DNA of 29,989 nt from contig CAZRQJ010000007.1 of assembly GCA_964602075.1 (NCBI GenBank), forward strand, positions 400 to 30,388. Reading direction: 5' to 3'. Made by a program: the position numbers and the translations under genes. Under the pieces are notes generated by a model. The model saw only the letters and a list, made by a program, of their open reading frames with translations. It had not been told where the DNA came from and ran no database searches. Every line of letters starts with the position of its first letter. Position 1 is the stretch's first letter. This DNA comes from an uncultured Planctomycetia bacterium. GTDB taxonomy: Bacteria > 4484-113 > JAGGVC01. Shown in pieces: positions 1-8,135 of the stretch.

Positions 1-1
1 G

Positions 2-322
<321 letters not shown>

Positions 323-383
323 AGAGAGTACGACTTGTAAATTAGTAAGATGATTATTATTGACATTTGATACTGGAGTTTTT

Positions 384-1493
384 ATGACAACAAGATTAAA
401 ACGAGTCTCCATTTCTGGATTTAAATCCATCAGACTGTTAAAGGAATTTGATTTTGGCAAAATCACTGTTTTGCTTGGTGCTAATGGTGCGGGAAAGTCA
501 AATTTCATATCTTTTTTTCAGATGCTTAGTTTCATGATAACATACGAAGGTCTGCAGACTTATGTTGGTAAAGCTGGTGGTGCTAGCAAACTGCTCTTTG
601 ATGGACCATCAGTTACACGTGAGATAACAGGTGCAATTAATATCGAAACTACGGCTGGTCAAAATGAATATGTCATCTGGTTAGCTCACGCAGGTGGAGA
701 TTCACTAATATTTACAGAGGAGAAACTCAGATTTTCAAAAAATGTCTATGCGACTAAAGCATCTTGGACAGAACTGGGCGCAGGACATAATAACTCCAGA
801 CTTATCGATACGACTATTGCCAATAAAACTGTTAAGTCCACATTAGCACTTTTGAGGCAACTGGTTGTTTTTCAATTCCATAACACCTCACAAATCGCTT
901 GGGTACGTCAAAAATCAAAAATCAGCGACGGGAAATACCTTAAGGCAGATGGAGGAAATCTGTCCGCTTTTCTTTACAATATGCGTGAAAAAAGCGGCAG
1001 GTGCTACGCAAAAATTGAAAAGCTTGCAAGACTAGCACTACCGTTCTTTTCAGAATTTGTATTAGAAGACGACTATGACTACGTCTTATTGCAGTGGCGC
1101 GAAAAAGGAAGCAGTGCAATATTTGATGCTTCACAGGCGTCCGATGGGATGCTTAGGTTCCTGTTATTAATCTCGTTACTTTCGCAACCAGAAGATAGAA
1201 TCCCGCCAATCATTTTCATTGACGAACCAGAGTTAGGTCTTCATCCATATGCTATAAGTTTACTTTCTGATTTGATTCATGACACAGCAGAAAGATCCCA
1301 AATTGTCCTATCAACACAATCTGGTATGCTCGTCGACCACTTTTCTCCGGAAGATATTGTAGTTGTAAACCGTAGAGATAGAGAATCTACGTTTAAAAGG
1401 CTTTCAAGCGAAGAATACGCTGACTGGTTAGAAGACACGTCGATATCAGAGCTGTGGGAAAGGAATGTGTTTGGCGGAGGACCTTTACTGTGA
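384..1493 (+). CDS. ABC-type/AAA_21-like ATPase (AbiEii/OLD-like)
   Basis: Walker A GANGAGKSN, signature-like ASDGMLRF, Walker B IFIDEPELGLHP, STQS at the H-loop position, C-terminal LWERNVFGG. GGAG at 375-378 favours ATG 384 over the track start at 360. Confidence 0.9.
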   Translation: MTTRLKRVSISGFKSIRLLKEFDFGKITVLLGANGAGKSNFISFFQMLSFMITYEGLQTYVGKAGGASKLLFDGPSVTREITGAINIETTAGQNEYVIWLAHAGGDSLIFTEEKLRFSKNVYATKASWTELGAGHNNSRLIDTTIANKTVKSTLALLRQLVVFQFHNTSQIAWVRQKSKISDGKYLKADGGNLSAFLYNMREKSGRCYAKIEKLARLALPFFSEFVLEDDYDYVLLQWREKGSSAIFDASQASDGMLRFLLLISLLSQPEDRIPPIIFIDEPELGLHPYAISLLSDLIHDTAERSQIVLSTQSGMLVDHFSPEDIVVVNRRDRESTFKRLSSEEYADWLEDTSISELWERNVFGGGPLL

Positions 1494-2203
1494 GTGCATG
1501 TAAAACGACGGTACTAAGAATCATTTCAGAAGGAAAAACCGAAGGAATATTTGTTCGCGATACACTCCAAAGTCATTTTTCCAACTTGAATCATAACCTC
1601 GTAACAACTCCAATTCTTATAACAACAAAAAGAAAGCATAATCGGATTTTTCGAGGTGGTGTCACCTGTTACACGCAAGTTCGTAAAGAAATAGAGCGCA
1701 CAATAAAGCAAGCACAACTTCATGGCGACATTATTACGACAATGATTGATCTGTATGCGTTACCAGACGATTTCCCTGGATATAGAGATTCATTGAACAA
1801 ACAACTTTATGACAGAGTCGAATATCTTGAATGTGAATTAAAAAAAGATCTTGGATCAACATTCGACGACCTTCGGCGATTTATACCTTACATTCAGGTT
1901 CATGAGTTTGAATCTTTAGTTCTAGTCAATCCAGATAACTTATCTTGGTATTTCACGGATCATGACAAGCAGATAAATGAGTTAAAGAGTGAAATTGCTG
2001 GATTAGAGCCTGAAATGATTGATGATGGATTTGAAACTGCACCATCGAAACGAATAAGCAGGCATTTAACTGGATTCGAGTCGAATAAAACAACGGTTTC
2101 GCCTGTTGCAGCATCCAAAACTGGAATACCACTATTAAGGAAAAACTGCCCTCATTTTAACAAGTGGATTAATACTCTTGAGGGTTTAATAACATGCGCG
2201 TGA
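1490..2203 (+). CDS. DUF4276-family protein (TOPRIM-like partner of the ATPase)
   Basis: Motifs ISEGKTE, RGGV..Y, TTMIDLYALPDDFPG, FIPYIQVHEFE, PE.IDDG.ETAPSKRI, CPHFNKWI. GTG 1490 overlaps the ATPase stop (GTGA) with GGAGG at 1476-1480, suggesting translational coupling. Confidence 0.85.
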   Translation: MSACKTTVLRIISEGKTEGIFVRDTLQSHFSNLNHNLVTTPILITTKRKHNRIFRGGVTCYTQVRKEIERTIKQAQLHGDIITTMIDLYALPDDFPGYRDSLNKQLYDRVEYLECELKKDLGSTFDDLRRFIPYIQVHEFESLVLVNPDNLSWYFTDHDKQINELKSEIAGLEPEMIDDGFETAPSKRISRHLTGFESNKTTVSPVAASKTGIPLLRKNCPHFNKWINTLEGLITCA

Positions 2204-2233
2204 TTGATTAGTTAACAAGAGGTTGAGCACGAT

Positions 2234-2409
2234 ATGACCGAATTGAACAACACCAAAAATGCCTTTTCTGTGCTGAAGATGTTAAGATGGAAGCTTTAGT
2301 ATGTAAGCACTGCGGTCGGCCACTTCGCATCGCCAAATACAATGAACTCCTGCGCATTGAAGAAACTCTCGGAATTCAAGCGAAATATCTTGGAGGAAGG
2401 GCTTTTTAA
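2234..2409 (+). pseudogene. Frameshifted double-CxxC zinc-ribbon gene remnant fused in frame to eno tail copy 2
   Basis: AGAGG (2218-2222) precedes ATG 2234. One extra A in the A5 run at 2255-2259 gives MTELNNTKKCLFCAEDVKMEALVCKHCGRPL followed by RIAKYNELL...GRAF*. Confidence 0.65.
2326..2409 (+). repeat. Direct repeat copy 2 (displaced eno 3' tail, attR-like)
   Basis: Encodes the same 27 aa as 239-319 and ends in TAA; 13 mismatches, all synonymous. Confidence 0.95.
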
Positions 2410-2544
2410 GGGTAAGTCTAATAATTAGATTGATAATTTCAAAATTTTTGAGTTAACGGATTCTTGATATCTTAGTTTTAAGATTGAGTTGTGGAGAATT
2501 ACATTGATTTTTCTATAAAAAATCTAAATCTCCGCATTTGCCTT

Positions 2545-3786
2545 TTAATCATCTCCTCGCGCACGAAGCGTATCGCGTGCGCTTTTTGCCGCTCCCGTCA
2601 GAACCGCCACAGTGTCGCGAGCTATCATAAGTTCTTCATTTGTAGGAATAACATAGACTTTTACGCGGCTGTTGTCGACCGAAATTTCGCCTTCTTTGCC
2701 GCCAACAGTAACCTGATTCTTTAGTTCATCCATTTCTGCGCCAAGAAATTCAAGTCCGTCGAGTACAAGCGATCGCAGAAGCGAGTCGTTTTCGCCTATG
2801 CCTGCCGTAAAAACTATCGCGTCAACGTTTCCCATCGCCGCAGCGTATGAACCAATGTATTTGCGCGTCGAATAAGCCATGATGCGCATAGCGAGCATAC
2901 TCATCGATTCCATTTTAAGTGCGTGCTCTACGACGTCGCGCATATCGCTGTAACCTGATACACCTAGCAGCCCACTGTGCTTGTACATTATCTCTTCGAG
3001 TTCTTCTTTGGATAGACTGCACTTTCGCTGGAGATATGTGATTATTGTTGGGTCGATGTCACCTGTTCGGGTTCCCATCGGAATACCGGAAATCGTGCCG
3101 AACCCAAGCGAAGTGTCAACACTTTTTCCATACTTTATTGCGCATATGCTAGAGCCGTTACCGAGATGACAAGTAACCATTTCACTGCGTTCAATCGGAT
3201 AACCCATAAGCTCGGCTGCGCGTAATGCCACGAAGCGATGACTAGTGCCGTGAAATCCATAACGGCGCACTTTGTATTTCTCAAAAAAGTGGTATGGAAT
3301 GGCGTACATATATGCATAGTCGGGCATAGTCTGGTGAAACGCCGTGTCAAAAACTGCTATGTTAGGTACGTTCGGCAGAATATGTTCACAGGCTTCGATG
3401 CCGAACAAGTTGGGGGGATTATGTAGCGGAGCCATATCGGCGAATTCCGTAATCGCATCTTTAACGTTGTCCGTTACGAGCACGCTGTCGCTGAACTTAT
3501 CGCCGCCGTGTACAACTCGGTGACCAAACGCCGCTATCTCGTCAATGTGTTTCAAGACACCTTGTTTCGGATCAGTCAGAAGCCCTAACACAGCATTGAT
3601 TGCTACTTTGTGATCGGGGATTGTCTGCTCAACAGGGAATTTATCATCGCCTTTACAGTGCGTAATCTTTCCTATGTCAAGCCCGATGCGCTCGACCAGC
3701 CCTTTTGCGAGCAATTTTTCGCCGGGCATATCGTAAACGCGATATTTCAAACTGCTCGAACCGCTATTCAGAACGAGAATTTTCAT
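2545..3786 (-). CDS. ackA: Acetate kinase
   Basis: MKILVLNSGSSSLKY, GHRVVHGG, APLHNP, VFDTAFH, YGFHGTSH, CHLGNGSS, FTAGIGEN, IPTNEEL. GGAG upstream of ATG 3786 (the track start at 3855 is too long). Confidence 0.97.
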   Translation of the reverse strand: MKILVLNSGSSSLKYRVYDMPGEKLLAKGLVERIGLDIGKITHCKGDDKFPVEQTIPDHKVAINAVLGLLTDPKQGVLKHIDEIAAFGHRVVHGGDKFSDSVLVTDNVKDAITEFADMAPLHNPPNLFGIEACEHILPNVPNIAVFDTAFHQTMPDYAYMYAIPYHFFEKYKVRRYGFHGTSHRFVALRAAELMGYPIERSEMVTCHLGNGSSICAIKYGKSVDTSLGFGTISGIPMGTRTGDIDPTIITYLQRKCSLSKEELEEIMYKHSGLLGVSGYSDMRDVVEHALKMESMSMLAMRIMAYSTRKYIGSYAAAMGNVDAIVFTAGIGENDSLLRSLVLDGLEFLGAEMDELKNQVTVGGKEGEISVDNSRVKVYVIPTNEELMIARDTVAVLTGAAKSARDTLRARGDD

Positions 3787-3847
3787 GTCAACTCCGAGAA
3801 TAACAGAATCCTTATCTTTTTTACTGACTGGGCAGTCTATACGCTCA

Positions 3848-4846
3848 TTAAACACCTTGCAAAATAGTTATCGCTGCGACGCTCACTATATCGTCAACGC
3901 TGCATCCGCGGCTCAAATCGTTAACCGGCAACGCAAGGCCTTGACTCACCGGACCTATTGCTTCCGCGCATACAAGGCGTTGGACGAGTTTGTAACCTAT
4001 GTTAGCCGCATCTAGGTCTGGAAATACTAGAACGTTCGCTTTGCCAGCGACCGGATCCCCGGGCGCTTTCTTTTGACCGATTTTTTCGATTAACGCTGCG
4101 TCTGCCTGTATCTCGCCAGTGACTTGAAGGTGCGGCGCTTTAGCTTTTATGATGCGTGTTGCCTGCACGACTTTGTCGACATCGGGATGGTCACCTCCGC
4201 TGCCTTTGGTAGAAAAGCTCAACATCGCAACACGAGGTTCCATCGCACAGAGTGAACGTGCGGTCGCTGCGCTCGAAATCGCGATATCTGCAAGTTGCTC
4301 CGCGTTTGGTTGTGGATTAATTGCGCAATCGGCAAACACAATCATACCATTCTCGCCAAGAGTGCAGTTTGGTACAAGCATAACGAAACAAGAACTGACG
4401 ATATCAACGCCGGGTGATGTGCCGATGCAGTGGAACGCGGCGCGTAGTACGTTCGCCGTTTCGTTCATTGCGCCAGCCACCATACCGTCGCACACGCCTT
4501 CTCGCACCATTAACGCTCCGAAAAACAGAACGTCTTCAACGACTTCACGTGCTTGCTCGATAGTCACACCCTTCTTTGAGCGAAGTTCGGCGTATTTCGC
4601 CGAAAAACTTTCAAAATACTGGCTGGTCGCAGGCTCTACCACACCGATGCCGTCAAGACTCACTCCTTCGACATTGGCGATCGCTTCGACGGTAGTTCGC
4701 TCGCCTAAAATAGTTACTTTGCATATGCCATCGTCGACGAGTTTACGAGCCGCATGATACATACGCGGCTCGTAGCCTTCGGGTAGAACTATATGCTTAC
4801 CGAGAGCTGCGGCGCGGCTACGCATATCCGAAATAAAGCCAGTCAT
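3848..4846 (-). CDS. pta: Phosphate acetyltransferase
   Basis: IVLPEG, DGMVAGA, VSSCFVM, FADCAINPQP, VAMLSFSTKGS, GEIQADAA, FPDLDAANIGYK, NDLSRGCS. AAGGTG upstream of ATG 4846; adjacent to ackA. Confidence 0.97.
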   Translation of the reverse strand: MTGFISDMRSRAAALGKHIVLPEGYEPRMYHAARKLVDDGICKVTILGERTTVEAIANVEGVSLDGIGVVEPATSQYFESFSAKYAELRSKKGVTIEQAREVVEDVLFFGALMVREGVCDGMVAGAMNETANVLRAAFHCIGTSPGVDIVSSCFVMLVPNCTLGENGMIVFADCAINPQPNAEQLADIAISSAATARSLCAMEPRVAMLSFSTKGSGGDHPDVDKVVQATRIIKAKAPHLQVTGEIQADAALIEKIGQKKAPGDPVAGKANVLVFPDLDAANIGYKLVQRLVCAEAIGPVSQGLALPVNDLSRGCSVDDIVSVAAITILQGV

Positions 4847-5030
4847 CAAAACACCTTGTGAAAACCGATAACTAATCGCAAACACAGAAAGCGGACTTTC
4901 CATGCGAACTTATCATACCTGTAATGCATAAATAGACTTTAGATTATACAATTCGTGAAAAGTATTTCTAAAGTGAGCGATTAAACAGGAGCGTACACAT
5001 GCTCAAGCTACCTGTTGATAGTTATTGGAA

Positions 5031-5059
5031 TTGTCGAATCCGCATATGAGTAGTACAAT
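5031..5059 (+). promoter_or_regulatory. Putative sigma70 promoter for acnX
   Basis: TTGTCG (5031-5036), 17 nt spacer, TACAAT (5054-5059). A small palindrome TTTTG-TG-CAAAA follows at 5083-5094. Confidence 0.5.
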
Positions 5060-5099
5060 ACGCTGCCGCTATTCACTTCACTTTTTGTGCAAAAGAATT

Positions 5100-6368
5100 A
5101 TGCAACTCACTAATGACGAACAGAAGATGCTCGACGGCGCGTATGGAGCGGTTAAGGCGCGCGCTCTCGATTACATAGTGCAATTTGGGAGAGCGTTCGG
5201 CGCGGAGCGATTGGTAGATGTCGTATTCGTAAACTATCCCGCTGAAATGAGCATTTATAGAGGTACAGTTGAAGACCTAGTTGCGTATGCAGAGTCTGAC
5301 GTCCGGTTCGTAGTGCCGACTGTGACCTCAACGCTTGCCTGCGACCTTGAACAGTGGGATAAACTTGGGTGTCCGCGTGAACTATATGAACTTCAAGCGA
5401 AAGCAGTACCGGCGCACAAGAAGCTCGGTGCAATCTGCACATATACCTGCGCGCCACAACTATGCGGATTTATTCCGCCAAGAGACAGTTATATTGTCAG
5501 CGTCGAAAGCAGCGCAATAATTTATTACAACTCGGTATTGGGTGCGCGCACGAACCGCGGCGGTCACCTTACTCGTTACAGCGCGATCACCGGAAAATAC
5601 CCTCTGATGGGTTATCTCCTAGACGAAAACCGTAAAGGCACGCATCTCGTAAAAGTGAATCTAACCGCTGATGAATTAAATGAGGATTGTTACTATTCAG
5701 CTCTCGGATTTATAGTCGGGGAACGTATCGGCAGTCAAGTTCCCGTTTTTGATTACCTTGGCATTCCCACGCAGACCTCGCTTCTATCGCTCGGAGCGGC
5801 ACTCGCAACATCGGGTAGTTGCGCGCTCTTCCACGCGCCGCCGCACACAGCCGAGGCGCGCACGATTGATGAAGCGTTTCATGGCGAAATCCCAAGAGAA
5901 GTTGTCGAAATCAATAGAGCCGACATTTTTGGAGTGTTCGAGCGGATGAGCACGATTCCGTCGGGAGCCGAAATTGATTTTGTAACGCTCGGTTGTCCGC
6001 ACTATAACACCGAGCAGATACGCCGCGTTGCGGACTGGTTTAGAGCATCGGGCGAGCGCGTGAATCCAAACGTACGCTTGTGGGTTTGCACCAGTCGTAT
6101 GGCGAAGCGTCAGGCGGAATGGGAAGGACATGTTGCAGTAATCGAAGCGGCGGGAGGATTCGTCGTTGCGGACACCTGCCCAGTTGAGAGCCACATGCGC
6201 ATTTCAACCTGCCGAGATTTCGGGCTAACCGTTCCGAATGTGCGTGCGATGGTTGTTGACAGCTTCAAACAGGCGCGGTACGTACGCGACCTTATCGGCT
6301 GCGAGACAGCGGTGCGGACTTGGAATGAGTGCCTGAATGCAGCGGTAGTTGGAAAGTTGTCGGGATAA
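5100..6368 (+). CDS. Aconitase X catalytic (large) subunit, DUF521
   Basis: MQLTNDEQKMLDG start, TCAP, ESSAIIYYNSVLGARTNR, LGAALATSGSCALFH, VTLGCPHY, VADTCPV. There is no swivel (DUF126) domain in this ORF. Confidence 0.9.
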   Translation: MQLTNDEQKMLDGAYGAVKARALDYIVQFGRAFGAERLVDVVFVNYPAEMSIYRGTVEDLVAYAESDVRFVVPTVTSTLACDLEQWDKLGCPRELYELQAKAVPAHKKLGAICTYTCAPQLCGFIPPRDSYIVSVESSAIIYYNSVLGARTNRGGHLTRYSAITGKYPLMGYLLDENRKGTHLVKVNLTADELNEDCYYSALGFIVGERIGSQVPVFDYLGIPTQTSLLSLGAALATSGSCALFHAPPHTAEARTIDEAFHGEIPREVVEINRADIFGVFERMSTIPSGAEIDFVTLGCPHYNTEQIRRVADWFRASGERVNPNVRLWVCTSRMAKRQAEWEGHVAVIEAAGGFVVADTCPVESHMRISTCRDFGLTVPNVRAMVVDSFKQARYVRDLIGCETAVRTWNECLNAAVVGKLSG

Positions 6369-6513
6369 ACGTCGAATTTACTTTCCGATTGGAGTGTGTT
6401 AAAAGTTAAAAGTGTTAGATAGCGTCGTGTTTGTTTTGAGCTGCTAACAGATATCTCGCGCACAACTTGAAAGTTCAATATTCATGTTTACAATAGAGAG
6501 TTAACCATACTAT

Positions 6514-6534
6514 GCAGGCAGGATGTCGCGCTAC
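6514..6534 (-). repeat. Degenerate GTAG-type REP-like element
   Basis: GCAGGCAGGATGTCGCGCTAC lies between convergent acnX and hbd and resembles the copies at 16785 and 28194. Confidence 0.4.
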
Positions 6535-6561
6535 CCGCTTCAAACTCCATCAGCAAGGTTA

Positions 6562-7416
6562 CTATTCCCCTTCTTTGCTGTAGTCATAGAAGCCACGTCC
6601 GTTCTTCTTGCCGAGGTAGCCGGCGGCGACCATTTTCTTGAGCGAATATGGTGGTTTGAACTTGTCGTTTCCAAGCTCGGCATATAGCACCTCGCCCGCA
6701 TGTAAAAGCACGTCGAGCCCGACGAGGTCGGCGAGCTTGAACGGTCCGAGCGGGAAACCAGCGCCACGCCGCATCGCAACATCAATGTCCTCCATCGTGG
6801 CGATGCCTTCGTCCAAGAGCGCAACCGCCTCGAACATTAAAGCAAGAAGGATTCGGTTCACGACGAAGCCCGGCGTCTCTTTGACTCTAATCGGATTTTT
6901 TCCGATACGCTCGACAAGCGCAAACGCGTCGTTAAAGGCTTCGTCGTCAGTAAGCATTCCCGACACGACTTCGACAAGCGTCATCGTTGTGGCGGGGTTG
7001 AAGAAATGCAAACCGAGAAAACGGTTCGGATACTTGTACATAGACGCAAGTTCGGATATGGACATGCTCGAAGTATTAGTCGCCACAATTGTCTTTTCGT
7101 CGGCGATCTCGCTCAACTCTTTCAAGAGTGTCTTTTTAATATCAATCTTTTCGAGTGACGCTTCTATAACAAGATCTGCTCCCTTCGTGTCGCTTATGTG
7201 GCAAGTCGTTGTTATTCTAGAAAGAGCTTGTTCTTTTTCAGTGTCGGTTAGCTTCCGCTGTTTCTGGACGAACGCTTCTATGCGCGGCATGTTGCGCGTG
7301 AATGCGTCTTTGAACGGGTCGTAACAGACGGTTTCAACGCCTGCGAGCGCAAGCAATACAGCAATCTCGCTGCCCATCGTGCCGAAACCTAAAACAGCGG
7401 CTCTGCGGACTTCCAT
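6562..7416 (-). CDS. hbd: 3-hydroxybutyryl-/3-hydroxyacyl-CoA dehydrogenase
   Basis: GFGTMG Rossmann motif, VIEASLE, ATNTSSMSI, GLHFFNPA, PGFVVNR, GFPLGPF, GKKNGRGFYDY. GGAGG RBS. Substrate chain length is not determined. Confidence 0.9.
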   Translation of the reverse strand: MEVRRAAVLGFGTMGSEIAVLLALAGVETVCYDPFKDAFTRNMPRIEAFVQKQRKLTDTEKEQALSRITTTCHISDTKGADLVIEASLEKIDIKKTLLKELSEIADEKTIVATNTSSMSISELASMYKYPNRFLGLHFFNPATTMTLVEVVSGMLTDDEAFNDAFALVERIGKNPIRVKETPGFVVNRILLALMFEAVALLDEGIATMEDIDVAMRRGAGFPLGPFKLADLVGLDVLLHAGEVLYAELGNDKFKPPYSLKKMVAAGYLGKKNGRGFYDYSKEGE

Positions 7417-7443
7417 CTATTTACCTCCAAAAGTAACGCCGCA

Positions 7444-7452
7444 ATTATAGCA
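7444..7452 (-). promoter_or_regulatory. Extended -10 promoter (TGCTATAAT) upstream of hbd
   Basis: Perfect TGn-TATAAT on the minus strand, ending 27 nt before the start codon. Confidence 0.55.
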
Positions 7453-7507
7453 GGGTGGTTAACATACGGCGCAAAGCAAGACAACAGCGTGAATGATAAA
7501 TGCAATA

Positions 7508-8065
7508 TTAAACGGCTCGCTTGCGGTTGAGACGTTCTCGATCAACTTTGAGCGCGGCGGTGATGTAGTCGGAATCGTGTGCATAGCTGAAGCGAAAATC
7601 TTTGTTGAAAAAAAATACGGGAACATGGTTGCAAGTGTCGCCGGAAATCAACTGCAAATCGTCGCTGATGTTGCGCTTGGGATTGGCGAAAACAACGGCT
7701 GCATGCGTAACTGGAAAACCCGCATCATTAAGGCGATTTATGGCTCGGCGAAGGCTTCTCCCAGTCCACACGACCGAATCGACGATGAGGATATGCTTGA
7801 ATTTCAATGGGATTTTTTCAATTTCAGACTTAGCGAAGAGCGGAAGTTCTAAACGATGCGATAGAAACGAACCAAGCACCCATCCGCTGCGTTTAATGCC
7901 AAAAAGTGCGTCGAAGGGCGGAGCGTGACGGTCTGCAATCAAATCGCGAATGCGAAACTCAAGTTCACTCGCCCTCACGTAGAATTCTAGCGCGCCGATA
8001 TGCGGCGGATACCTATTCTCGCTTGTCGAATCGCAATTATTCAATTTTGCATCGTTAGGTGGCAC
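7508..8065 (-). CDS. Type I phosphoribosyltransferase-fold protein
   Basis: DALFGIKRSGWVLGSFLSHRL matches the GI.RGG helix; ILIVDSVVWTGRSL matches the PRPP-binding loop. GTG start is uncertain. Confidence 0.7.
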   Translation of the reverse strand: MPPNDAKLNNCDSTSENRYPPHIGALEFYVRASELEFRIRDLIADRHAPPFDALFGIKRSGWVLGSFLSHRLELPLFAKSEIEKIPLKFKHILIVDSVVWTGRSLRRAINRLNDAGFPVTHAAVVFANPKRNISDDLQLISGDTCNHVPVFFFNKDFRFSYAHDSDYITAALKVDRERLNRKRAV

Positions 8066-8098
8066 GCTTCAAATTGTATACCTCAATCTCTAAAAAAA

Positions 8099-8107
8099 TG
8101 GTATGAT
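8099..8107 (+). promoter_or_regulatory. Extended -10-like element (TGGTATGAT) upstream of the DUF362 gene
   Basis: TGn-TATGAT 28 nt before ATG 8136; GGAG RBS follows. Confidence 0.4.
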
Positions 8108-8135
8108 TTACTAACTTCGATCATCGGAGAATTTT

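Larger units (their letters stand above)
323..2325 (+). mobile_element. AT-rich genomic islet inserted at the eno 3' end (no integrase inside)
   Basis: Bounded by the two eno-tail copies. Sampled lines are 20/60 GC (421-480) and 18/60 (1801-1860), against 38/60 in eno (121-180) and 28/60 in ackA (2941-3000). The cargo is typical of accessory/conflict loci. Confidence 0.75.

Noticed and set aside
3787-3855. N-terminal extension of ackA in the ORF track (similarly pta to 4903, acnX from 5025, FecR protein to 20764)
   Set aside because: Family N-termini and RBS positions support the shorter starts.
4149-4757. 202-aa + strand ORF (also 6638-7324, 22093-22611, 27421-28014)
   Set aside because: Antisense to well-supported genes (pta, hbd, OM barrel, purL), with Ser/Thr-rich shadow composition.
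4953-4972. Rex-like operator (TCGTGAA...) upstream of pta
   Set aside because: The right half-site matches TTCACAA poorly and the spacing is wrong.
7493-7852. 119-aa + strand ORF as the real gene in this interval
   Set aside because: The opposite strand carries PRTase motifs; this ORF has none.
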